From contig CAVUWA010000011.1 of NCBI GenBank assembly GCA_963744995.1, forward strand, positions 128,001 to 192,000: a stretch of 64,000 nucleotides of DNA, read 5' to 3'. The notes below the pieces were generated by a model. It did no database searches and was not told the origin of the DNA. It worked only from the letters and a program-made list of their open reading frames with translations. A program made the position numbers and the translations under genes. Below are positions 49,359 to 57,025 of the stretch, in pieces. Within the stretch, counting starts at the first letter, position 1. Each line of letters begins with the position of its first letter. This stretch comes from Candidatus Eiseniibacteriota bacterium (lineage in GTDB: Bacteria; Eisenbacteria; RBG-16-71-46).

Positions 49359-50051
49359 AGAGCCGACCACAATTTCGAGATCCATTTTGATCTCCTTCAG
49401 CTGACCATCGTACTCGCTCAAGAAATACAGGGCCTCCGCCATCGGCTCTACGCGCTGAAGAATGAAGGCTGGCCCTTCACTCCCCCCACGCTCAGCCAGG
49501 ACCAGGTACACGCCCTGATCCAGGGCCACCCGATGGGCTGACGTCCCGTCGTGGAACGTCCAGCTCTCGGGCGCCGGCCCGACATGCCGCTTGAGGAATT
49601 CCTGCCAGGCAAGCGGAACCGTCTCAGGTGCTCGCTTCCCGGTCGGCACACGGAGCGGATCATTCAGCAGACATCCAATGGGAGCTTCATCCCACGTCTC
49701 GAATGCCACACGTCGCGGCCCCGGCGCAATGGCAAGGTCAAAGATGTGGCCCGCAATACTGGAGAGCGTTGCCGTGTAGCGCTTTCCTGCGATGCGGAAC
49801 GATACCTCCGCGAGAGGATACTCGTCCGTGCACGGAAACGCCGGAACGTCAGTCCAGCTTATCCCGCTTCTCGAACGGTAGAAGTCGATCTCGCTCCACA
49901 AAGGTGGCAATCTCTGAACGTGCCCAATCGCCGCGACCTGCGCGTCAAACATCCCCACTGCAGCTTCCGGCAACACGTCACGAACGGCGCGGAGCAGGCG
50001 CGCCTCGAGTGGCGAGAACGTCCTCCAGAGCAAGCTGATCTCTCGAATCAC
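49320..50051 (-). CDS. Cassette ORF: hypothetical protein (reads into attC C)
   Basis: 243-aa ORF filling the cassette; GGAG RBS before GTG; no recognised motif. Confidence 0.7.
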   Translation of the reverse strand: MIREISLLWRTFSPLEARLLRAVRDVLPEAAVGMFDAQVAAIGHVQRLPPLWSEIDFYRSRSGISWTDVPAFPCTDEYPLAEVSFRIAGKRYTATLSSIAGHIFDLAIAPGPRRVAFETWDEAPIGCLLNDPLRVPTGKRAPETVPLAWQEFLKRHVGPAPESWTFHDGTSAHRVALDQGVYLVLAERGGSEGPAFILQRVEPMAEALYFLSEYDGQLKEIKMDLEIVVGSAERGDAADSRRS

Positions 50052-50070
50052 GCTTCAAGCTCCAGTGTCT

Positions 50071-50130
50071 GCCTAACGTTCCGGTTCAGCGGCGGTGCGC
50101 AACGCGGGCCGCTGCAACCAGTGGTCAGGC
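50071..50130 (-). mobile_element. attC site D (60 bp)
   Basis: GCCTGAC-cact-GGTT[G]CAGCGGC...GCCGCTGAACC-ggaac-GTTAGGC. Confidence 0.85.
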
Positions 50131-50152
50131 CGCGCTCCATGGACACCTTGTG

Positions 50153-50785
50153 TCACTCTTCTTCGTGCGACCCCCGCGCGCGCTCGGGGTAGTGACCACT
50201 AACCGGACGTGTGGCGGCCTCAAACATCCCTTCAACGTAATGAATGAACGTAACGTATCTCTCCACGTACTCGCGCCCCGCGTCTATATCCTGAGTCTTG
50301 AAGTCTTTGGCGGCGATGGCTTGCTTATAGCGATCCATGAGTCCATCACGCATGTCTCCAATGAGGAGATTCGTGAGCGGCGCCACATCCCCGGACTTCA
50401 ACGCTTGATCTGCCGCCGGGATTGCAGGTCCCAGATCTCGACCGGCCGGTTTCAGGCCGGTGTAGGGGGCGCCTTCGCCGGCGCGATGGATGCGGACAAG
50501 GGTCTCGAAGAAATACGTGTCGGCGAGTTTCTTCGCCTGCGGGCTCAATTTGCGTACGTTCACGGTTTGGTCGAATGCCTGGCGAAGTTCGGCCTCATCA
50601 TTCTTGCTTGCCCAGATCAGCACCAAGTTCACGTCACCCTTTGCGAGAGCGGCCTGTGCGGCCTTGACAACGGGACCATCCATACCATCGCAATGGGCAT
50701 AGACTGGAACCGCAAACAGCGCTGCTATCCCGATGACAGTGAATAGAGCGAACAGAGCTCTGATAATTCCTCGATTCGTCTTCAT
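50153..50785 (-). CDS. Cassette ORF: DUF6448-like exported protein
   Basis: Signal peptide ending VYA then HCDGMDGPVV; YFFETLVRIHRAGEGAPYTGLKPAG; AGGAG RBS. Confidence 0.8.
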   Translation of the reverse strand: MKTNRGIIRALFALFTVIGIAALFAVPVYAHCDGMDGPVVKAAQAALAKGDVNLVLIWASKNDEAELRQAFDQTVNVRKLSPQAKKLADTYFFETLVRIHRAGEGAPYTGLKPAGRDLGPAIPAADQALKSGDVAPLTNLLIGDMRDGLMDRYKQAIAAKDFKTQDIDAGREYVERYVTFIHYVEGMFEAATRPVSGHYPERARGSHEEE

Positions 50786-50818
50786 GGTGTGTTCTCCTCT
50801 GGACTACGCTTGAAGGCG

Positions 50819-50924
50819 GCCGAACGCCTCGGAATTCTGCTGCAGCACCCTCCCGACCGCCAGCTCGCGCTCTCGCGAGCTGCTCAGCAGCCTGCATGCT
50901 GTCGGCAGCAATTCCTTGTTAGGC
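50819..50924 (-). mobile_element. attC site E (106 bp)
   Basis: GCCTAAC-aaGGAATT[G]CTGC...GCAGAATTCC-gaggc-GTTCGGC. Confidence 0.85.
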
Positions 50925-50930
50925 GCCGCC

Positions 50931-51734
50931 CTACCTTCCCCCTCGCACCGCCCAGGCATTGGCTTCCAAGGTGATGGAGCCGTCCGTGTTCCGGGGCAAC
51001 GTTGCAGCCAATCGGCTCGCGAGGTCTTGCTGTCGTTCGGCTGGGAGGGAAGACAAGTACCCCGGAGCCGGACCGGGACCACCCACGAATGGGGTCCAGT
51101 AGTCGTCAAAGTCCTCAAAATGCGTTTCGACTCGAAGCCCCTCGACCCCAACGTTAGAGAACTCTGCCTCTCGGAATGCGGCCTCTAGCGCCGTGGGGCT
51201 GCAGATCGGGAAACGCTCCCCTTCGTCATACTGCCGCGCCGAGGGGTCCAACTCGACCGCGGCGTCCCAGAAGCGGCGGAGGAACTGCATCCCTCCGCCA
51301 TAATCCCAGACGCATGCGGCTACGATCCCGTCATCGGCTGCGAGCGACCTCATCTCTCGCAACGCCCGTGTCGGGTCTGGGATGAAATTCAACACCAGCG
51401 AAGAGGCCACGACGTCATAGCCGGCCGGTCGCCTCGGTAGTTGATCCGCGCTCGCTGTGAGGAACTGAACCCGTTGATCTGCTACAGCGGTGCGGACGTG
51501 TCCTATGAACTGTGGAGAAGCATCCGTCGCCACAACCGACGCAGGGCGTCCGACCTCAAGTATTCCCGAGGTGAGAGCGCCCGTGCCGCATCCGACCTCG
51601 AGCCAGTGGCCGCCCGGTGGTACTTCCAGCCATGTTACGAAGCGGCGAGCCAACTCCCGACTCCAGCGTCCCATGAAATGCTCGTACGCACTTGCGCTTT
51701 CCCAGAGGTCTCTTGGAGAATCATCGGGTGTCAT
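50931..51734 (-). CDS. Cassette ORF: class I SAM-dependent methyltransferase
   Basis: YEHFMGRWS, WLEVGCGTGAL, LVLNFIPDP, VWDYGGGMQ; start 51734 or 51743. Confidence 0.88.
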   Translation of the reverse strand: MTPDDSPRDLWESASAYEHFMGRWSRELARRFVTWLEVPPGGHWLEVGCGTGALTSGILEVGRPASVVATDASPQFIGHVRTAVADQRVQFLTASADQLPRRPAGYDVVASSLVLNFIPDPTRALREMRSLAADDGIVAACVWDYGGGMQFLRRFWDAAVELDPSARQYDEGERFPICSPTALEAAFREAEFSNVGVEGLRVETHFEDFDDYWTPFVGGPGPAPGYLSSLPAERQQDLASRLAATLPRNTDGSITLEANAWAVRGGR

Positions 51735-51756
51735 ATGCCACACCGCCTTTTGTGCC

Positions 51757-51815
51757 GCCTAACGTTGGCGCTCACCCGCGCGCGTCAGCACGTCGGGTGC
51801 AGCGCATGGCTAGAT
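51757..51815 (-). mobile_element. attC site F (59 bp)
   Basis: ATCTAGC-catGCGCT[G]CACCCG...CGGGTGAGCGC-caac-GTTAGGC. Confidence 0.82.
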
Positions 51816-51846
51816 TTGCTGTAGCTGCCATGGAGCAACCTTCTGC

Positions 51847-52258
51847 TCAGACGTCCTCGTACGCGAGAGAGGCGGAAAGATCGCGGTGGGCTTGGGCCTG
51901 GGAAAGTAGCGCGTTGGCTTTGGCCTCGAATGTCTGCATGGCGTCGGCGTCCCTCGAGCGCGACAAGCTTCACGCGGGCGCGGGCGAGTTTCGCGGGATC
52001 GCCGCCCCGCTTCCCATCCGTGCCCTTCCAAGCCACGACGATTTCCTTCGTCTCATCCGCATCGTCGTCGAGGGAGCGCCTAGCGTATGTGGTCGAGGCG
52101 TTGCTGGGCAACTCGGTACGTAAAAGCCCGGCTCGACCAGCACCGTGCGGATTCCGAAGGGCGCAATCTCCGGCGTGAGAGATCCCATCCATTCCTCGAT
52201 ACCGATCCTCGCAGCAGCATACGCTGCACAGAACGTTTGACCGGTGCTGCCGCACCAT
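51847..52258 (-). pseudogene. Degraded C-terminal half of a short-chain dehydrogenase/reductase
   Basis: Fragments in different frames: AYAAARIGIEEW..SL..EIAPFGIRTVLVEPG, RTEL, GDPAKLA; YxxxK changed to YxxxR; no N-terminal Rossmann motif. Confidence 0.7.
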
Positions 52259-52271
52259 TTCAGTGTCGCCC

Positions 52272-52545
52272 TTAGGACCGTGGGTCGAACCCGAAGACGC
52301 GCAGTTCTTGGTCGCGCCGACAGGCCTTGGCGATACGCGCCGCCCACGCGATGGCCTCGTCGTGTGAGGGCAGTTCCAACACGGTGAAGCCGCCATCGAG
52401 CATGGACGCCCAAGGATAGCCGCCCAATGCAACCGTGCCGTCAGAGAGACGAGCCCGGGCGGTACGTCTTCGTCGATTCCGCCGCCGAAGACGTAAACAC
52501 CGGCGGCTTTCGCCTCATCAATCACAGCGTGCCGTTCCCACTCGT
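52272..52545 (-). pseudogene. Frameshifted, 5'-truncated YciI/DGPF-like gene remnant
   Basis: HAVIDEAKAAGVYVFGGGIDEDV then a frame change to GGFTVLELPSHDEAIAWAARIAKACR...ELRVF. Confidence 0.65.
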
Positions 52546-52646
52546 CTGTATCCTTGGGCTTCAGGATGAGCCGCCATGCTCCAAATCCGGCAATGCGCAT
52601 CACCGTGCCGTCTTCCCGCGCATGCTGTCGCGCCGCATGACCGCGC

Positions 52647-52678
52647 GAAGAAGCCCCGGTGGGTCTCCCCACCGGGGC
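52647..52678 (-). terminator. Rho-independent terminator
   Basis: GCCCCGGTGGG-GAGA-CCCACCGGGGC-TTCTTC on the minus strand. Confidence 0.7.
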
Positions 52679-52746
52679 GGTGACGCCGCGTCGCTCTTCC
52701 CTTGCCCTGGCTTCGTCCGAGACGACGCGACGGCTCTGTCTCTCGC

Positions 52747-53064
52747 TCAGCGCGTGCGCGCGTTGTGCTTCATCCGCCAGATCGCGCGGCCCTGGTGGTT
52801 CTGCATGTGCCGCAGGCGAACGCGTTCGCGGGCGGTGAACCGGCCGTCCGACTTCATGCGCCACTTCGCGCGGCGAATGTGGCGCTGGCCGGCGTTCAGA
52901 CGCACCCGCTCGCCGCGGGTGAGCTGGCCGCTCACGACGCCCTGATGGATGCGTGCGCGCTGGTGCACCTGGCGCCGGTTCGCCACCGGCGTACCGGCAT
53001 TCGCGATGCCTGCGAGCGCGACCAGCAGGACCGCCGACATGATCATGATCTTCGGGTGTGACAT
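52747..53064 (-). CDS. Small basic secreted protein with two G-x-[LF]T-x-x-E-R-x-R-L repeats
   Basis: Signal peptide ending ANA; GQLTRGERVRL and GRFTARERVRL; GGAGG RBS. Confidence 0.75.
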   Translation of the reverse strand: MSHPKIMIMSAVLLVALAGIANAGTPVANRRQVHQRARIHQGVVSGQLTRGERVRLNAGQRHIRRAKWRMKSDGRFTARERVRLRHMQNHQGRAIWRMKHNARTR

Positions 53065-53251
53065 GACGTCCTCCGTAGGGACGAACTGCGTGATGCCGCG
53101 GGAGCGTTTCGTTGTTTCTCAAAATGGGGCGCGCCTCGGACGGGACTCGCTCACCGCGATGTTCACGCGTGACATCGACCTGACCTGACGTGGCGTGAAT
53201 CCGGTGCGATGGCTGCCTTCGCGTCTGCTGCGCGCGACGTGAAGGACGTTT

Positions 53252-53267
53252 TGCAGGTGCCGTGCCG
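53252..53267 (-). promoter_or_regulatory. Sigma54-type -24/-12 promoter candidate (CGGCACG-GCAC-CTGCA)
   Basis: GG-N10-GC spacing in the intergenic region upstream of 53064. Confidence 0.5.
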
Positions 53268-53436
53268 CAGGTGGGCCGGGAGCGCAACGTGTTGCAGCGC
53301 AGGAGCGGGGGCGGCGGGTGGCGGTGCCGGCGCCGCGTGCACCGTCCCATACGGTTCACTCCGGAGGCGCGCTGCTGCACCGAGGGGTGCAGGGAGCCGG
53401 GCGGCGACACGAGCGCCGCGCGCCGGCTGCACACGG

Positions 53437-54219
53437 TCACCCGATCGTGATCGTGCCTTCCAGATATCGCGCCGCGCGCCCCGCGACGCCGACGCGATCG
53501 CCGCGCTCCTCGCACACCAGCTCGCCGCCGCGTGCCGACACCTGCCGGGCACGGAGCCGCGCGCGGCCGAGGCGCTTCGCCCAGTAGGGCGTGAGCGTGC
53601 AGTGCGCCGAGCCCGTGACCGGATCTTCGTCGACGCCGGCGGACGGCGCGAAGAAGCGCGACACGAAGTCCGCGTCCTTCCCGGGCGCGGTCACGATCAC
53701 CTTGTCGAACGCGGCGAGCGCCGCAAAACCGGGTCGCAGCGCACGCACGTCGTCCTCGGCGTCGAACACCGCGAGCCAGTCACGCGACTTGAGCCACTGG
53801 CGCGCGTGCGCACCGAGCGCCTCGATCAGCGCGGGCGGCACCTCGGCCGGCGCCGGCGGCCGCGACGGCAGATCCATCACGTACAGGTCCCCTTCGCGCT
53901 TGACCGTGAGCGGTCCGCTCATGGAATCGAACGTCACGCTCGCGGCGCCGGGCGCGAGCGTCTCCAGGTAGACGCTCGCCGCGGCCAGGGTCGCGTGACC
54001 GCAGAGGTCCACCTCGATCTTCGGCGTGAACCAGCGGATCCGGAGCGGCGCTTCGCCGGGCACGAAGAACGCGGTTTCGGAGAGCTGGTTCTCGAGCGCG
54101 ATCGACTGCATCGTCCGCGGATCGAGCCATCGCTCCAGCGGACACACCGCCGCCGGATTGCCGCCGAAGACCGCGCCCGTGAAGGCGTCGACCTGGTAGA
54201 TCGGGATCCGCACGGGCAT
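53437..54219 (-). CDS. PhzF family isomerase/epimerase
   Basis: YQVDAF...GNPAAVC, LSETAF, EVDLCGHATLA, EDPVTGSAHC; TGATG coupling. Confidence 0.92.
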   Translation of the reverse strand: MPVRIPIYQVDAFTGAVFGGNPAAVCPLERWLDPRTMQSIALENQLSETAFFVPGEAPLRIRWFTPKIEVDLCGHATLAAASVYLETLAPGAASVTFDSMSGPLTVKREGDLYVMDLPSRPPAPAEVPPALIEALGAHARQWLKSRDWLAVFDAEDDVRALRPGFAALAAFDKVIVTAPGKDADFVSRFFAPSAGVDEDPVTGSAHCTLTPYWAKRLGRARLRARQVSARGGELVCEERGDRVGVAGRAARYLEGTITIG

Positions 54220-55427
54220 CAGGTCTCCATGCGCTTCCAGATCCGCCCCGCGCACTCGCGCGCCCGGGCGGCGACTTCGTCTTCGTCCACCGACGTCATG
54301 CGACCGTCTTCCATCACGATTTCGCCGGCCACCACCACGCCGGTCACCGGCGCACGCAGGAGGCCGGCCGCGAGGTGCGCGGGCAGCGTGCGGGGCGTGA
54401 GTTCGGTCGCGGGGCGATAGTCGAACAGCACGAAGTCGGCCAGCGCGCCCGGCTCGATGCGGCCGGTGCCCGCACCGAAGTGGCGCTCGGCGAGCTGCGC
54501 GCCGTGGACCAGCACGCGCTCGTAATAGGCCCGGCACGCGTCCCCTTCCGGCGGCTCGCGCACCGGAAGCGGCGGCGCGTTCACGCCCGAGTCGCTGCCC
54601 CAGGCCGCGCCCGCGGCCGTCGCGAGATCCGCCGGCGTCTGGAGGATCGCGCTCAGCGTGTCGCCGCGTTCGCGTGCGAGGCCGATCAACGACGCCGGGG
54701 CGTGCTCGGCGTGCGCCCAGAGCGCCGGCACCGGATTGCCGAACCACACATGCGCATCGTCGGCGAACGCGACGTCCGTGACCGCGAGTTCGACGTGCAC
54801 GCCGGCCGGCTGCGCGGTGGACTCCAGCACCTCGCGCAACAGCCGGTCCACCGAAGCGAGGCCGCTCGCGCGCACTCCGAGCAGGCCGCGCAGCGTGCCC
54901 TGCCGCCGCGAGCGGATTTCGCTGGCGAAGCCGAGACATTCCTCGATCGCGGCGCGGCGCTCGGCGGCCGCGTCGGTATCCGAGACGCCGTAACACGTCG
55001 CCACGCGCACCCCGGCGTCGGACGCGGCCGCGACGACTTCCGACAACGAAAGATCGATGCATCCACCCGAGCGATGGAAATCGAACACCGTCGTCACCCC
55101 GTGGCGCACGCCCTCGACCAGCGAGGCCATCGCCGACCAGTAGATGTCCTCCGGCGACAGCGCCCGCTCGTAGGCCTCCCACGCCGGCGCGCCCGTGCAG
55201 CCGAGCCCGCGCGCCAGGTGGCGGCCGAGATGCGCGTGGGTATTGACCAGGCCCGGCAGCATCACCTGCCCGTGGGCGGGCCACAGCGGCTCCTCCGGAT
55301 AGGCGCCGGCGAGCGCGGACAGGTGCGCGACGTGCGCGATATGGGCGCCGACGACGTGGACGCCCGCGTCCTCGATGACGGCGGGCGTCTCGCCGCCGGT
55401 GACGATCGTGCACGGGCCGATGATCAT
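54219..55427 (-). CDS. Amidohydrolase family protein, SsnA-like, divergent
   Basis: PGLVNTHAH, GVTTVFDFH, WGSD, GRIEPGALADFV. Confidence 0.75.
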   Translation of the reverse strand: MIIGPCTIVTGGETPAVIEDAGVHVVGAHIAHVAHLSALAGAYPEEPLWPAHGQVMLPGLVNTHAHLGRHLARGLGCTGAPAWEAYERALSPEDIYWSAMASLVEGVRHGVTTVFDFHRSGGCIDLSLSEVVAAASDAGVRVATCYGVSDTDAAAERRAAIEECLGFASEIRSRRQGTLRGLLGVRASGLASVDRLLREVLESTAQPAGVHVELAVTDVAFADDAHVWFGNPVPALWAHAEHAPASLIGLARERGDTLSAILQTPADLATAAGAAWGSDSGVNAPPLPVREPPEGDACRAYYERVLVHGAQLAERHFGAGTGRIEPGALADFVLFDYRPATELTPRTLPAHLAAGLLRAPVTGVVVAGEIVMEDGRMTSVDEDEVAARARECAGRIWKRMET

Positions 55428-56788
55428 GCCGCGCGCTCCTTCTTCGCGCGCTCGAGCAGCGCGGCCGCCTCACGCACGGCGGTGTCGCGCACCGCGTCCG
55501 CGTTCAGCGTCGTCCAGCGCCCGTGCTCGCAGAGCACGCGGCCGTCCACCACCGTGAGCGTCACGTCGCTCGCCTGGCAGGACTGGACGATGGTCGTGTA
55601 GGGATCGAGGGTCGCGTGCGGCGCCACGTGCCAGCCGCGGTGGTCGATTGCGATCACGTCCGCCTTCTTGCCGGCTTCGAGGCTGCCGACCTCGTCACCC
55701 TTGCCGAGCGCGCGCGCCCCGCCGATCGTGGCGAGCGCGAGCACCTCGCGCGCGCTCAGGTGGCGCCCCGGCCGCGTCACGCGCGAGACGTGCGAGGCGA
55801 GGCTCATCTCGCGGAAGGTGTCGAGCCGGTTGTTGCACGGCGCGCCGTCGGCGCCGAGCCCGCAGCGGATGCCGCGATCCTTCCACTCGCGCACGTCGGC
55901 GAGTCCGGAGCCCAGCTTGAAGTTGGCCGAGGGGCAGTGGACCAGCGCCGCGTCGGCGCGGGCGAGGAGGTCGAACTCGTTTTCGTCGAGCCATACCCCG
56001 TGTGCGGCCACGAAGCGCGGCCCGAGCACCTGCCGGCGCGCGAAGTAGCGCGGCGCCGTCGTCTTCACCGCCGCCTGCACCGCCTGCCCTTCGCCCGGGC
56101 TCTCCGAAAGGTGCGTGTGCACGATCAGGCCGCGCTCGTCGGATACGCGGCGCACGCCGTCCCACAGCGCGTCGCTGCACGACAGGATGAACCGCGGCGC
56201 GAGCGACACGTCGAGCCGCCCGCCCGCCGCACCGTGGAACCGGTCGGCGAGCGCCGCGGACTCTTCGAGCGCGTGGTCCGTCGTATCGCGCAGGCCCGGC
56301 GGCACACCGTCGCCCTGATCCATCAGCGCTTTGCCGAACACGGCGCGCAGGCCGGTCGCCTCGAGCACGGATCCGATCACCTGCGTGTGATGCACGGTGC
56401 CCATGTCGTTGATGCAGGTGACGCCGCCCGCGAGCAGCTCGAGGATGCCGAGCTCCGCCGAAGCGGCCAGCGAGGCCTCGGTGTGCGCGGCCTCCATCGG
56501 CCAGATGCTCTCGCGCAGCCAGTGCATCAGGTCGGCCTGCTCGGCCGCGCCGCGGAACAGCGCCTGGCAGAGGTGCAGGTGCGCGTGGACGAAGCCCGGC
56601 AGCACGAACGCGCCGGAGGCGTCGAACGCCCGCTCGGCCGCGCCGCCCGGAAGGGCCGCGAGGGCCGCGGGAACGCGGTCGCCGAGCGCGGCGATCCGGC
56701 CGTCGGCGATCAACAGGTCGCCGCGAACGACCGTACCGGCGTCGTCCATGCACACGAGCGTGCCGCCGCGTATCAGTAAAGTGCTCAG
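55424..56788 (-). CDS. Metal-dependent nucleoside deaminase (5'-deoxyadenosine/MTA-SAH deaminase family)
   Basis: PGFVHAHLH, HTHLSE, AHGVW, LGADG, GSLEAGKKAD; probable CTG start 7 nt after GGAGG. Confidence 0.85.
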   Translation of the reverse strand: MSTLLIRGGTLVCMDDAGTVVRGDLLIADGRIAALGDRVPAALAALPGGAAERAFDASGAFVLPGFVHAHLHLCQALFRGAAEQADLMHWLRESIWPMEAAHTEASLAASAELGILELLAGGVTCINDMGTVHHTQVIGSVLEATGLRAVFGKALMDQGDGVPPGLRDTTDHALEESAALADRFHGAAGGRLDVSLAPRFILSCSDALWDGVRRVSDERGLIVHTHLSESPGEGQAVQAAVKTTAPRYFARRQVLGPRFVAAHGVWLDENEFDLLARADAALVHCPSANFKLGSGLADVREWKDRGIRCGLGADGAPCNNRLDTFREMSLASHVSRVTRPGRHLSAREVLALATIGGARALGKGDEVGSLEAGKKADVIAIDHRGWHVAPHATLDPYTTIVQSCQASDVTLTVVDGRVLCEHGRWTTLNADAVRDTAVREAAALLERAKKERAA

Positions 56789-57025
56789 GAGGGCGCCTCC
56801 ATGCGAGTCGAGCCGCGCGGCGTCCGTGCCGGGCGAACGGGCGCGCCGGGCCCGACGGGGCGGCTGCGGCGCGCCACCTGCGAATGACCGCGCAACGCTC
56901 GCACCGGGCCTGCGGGGTGTCAAGAATGAAGCGCGGCGCGGGGCCGGCCCGGTCCTGCGCCGAAACCCCTGGCGGGCCCGGGCGGACCCGCTCGGCGAAG
57001 GGCGTTTTCCGCTACCCTCGCGGGC

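Larger units (their letters stand above)
47446..51815 (-). mobile_element. Integron-type gene cassette array without an integrase in the window (CALIN-like)
   Basis: Six attC sites separating single, co-oriented ORFs; visible drop in GC; matching cassette ends. Confidence 0.88.

Noticed and set aside
47627..51815. Repeated palindromes as a CRISPR array or REP elements
   Set aside because: Units differ in length and sequence, are separated by whole genes and have attC R/L box structure; no cas genes seen
51816..53436. Integron integrase or attI upstream of the array
   Set aside because: No ORF with tyrosine recombinase R-H-R-Y motifs and no recognisable attI; only SDR/YciI remnants and a host-like gene
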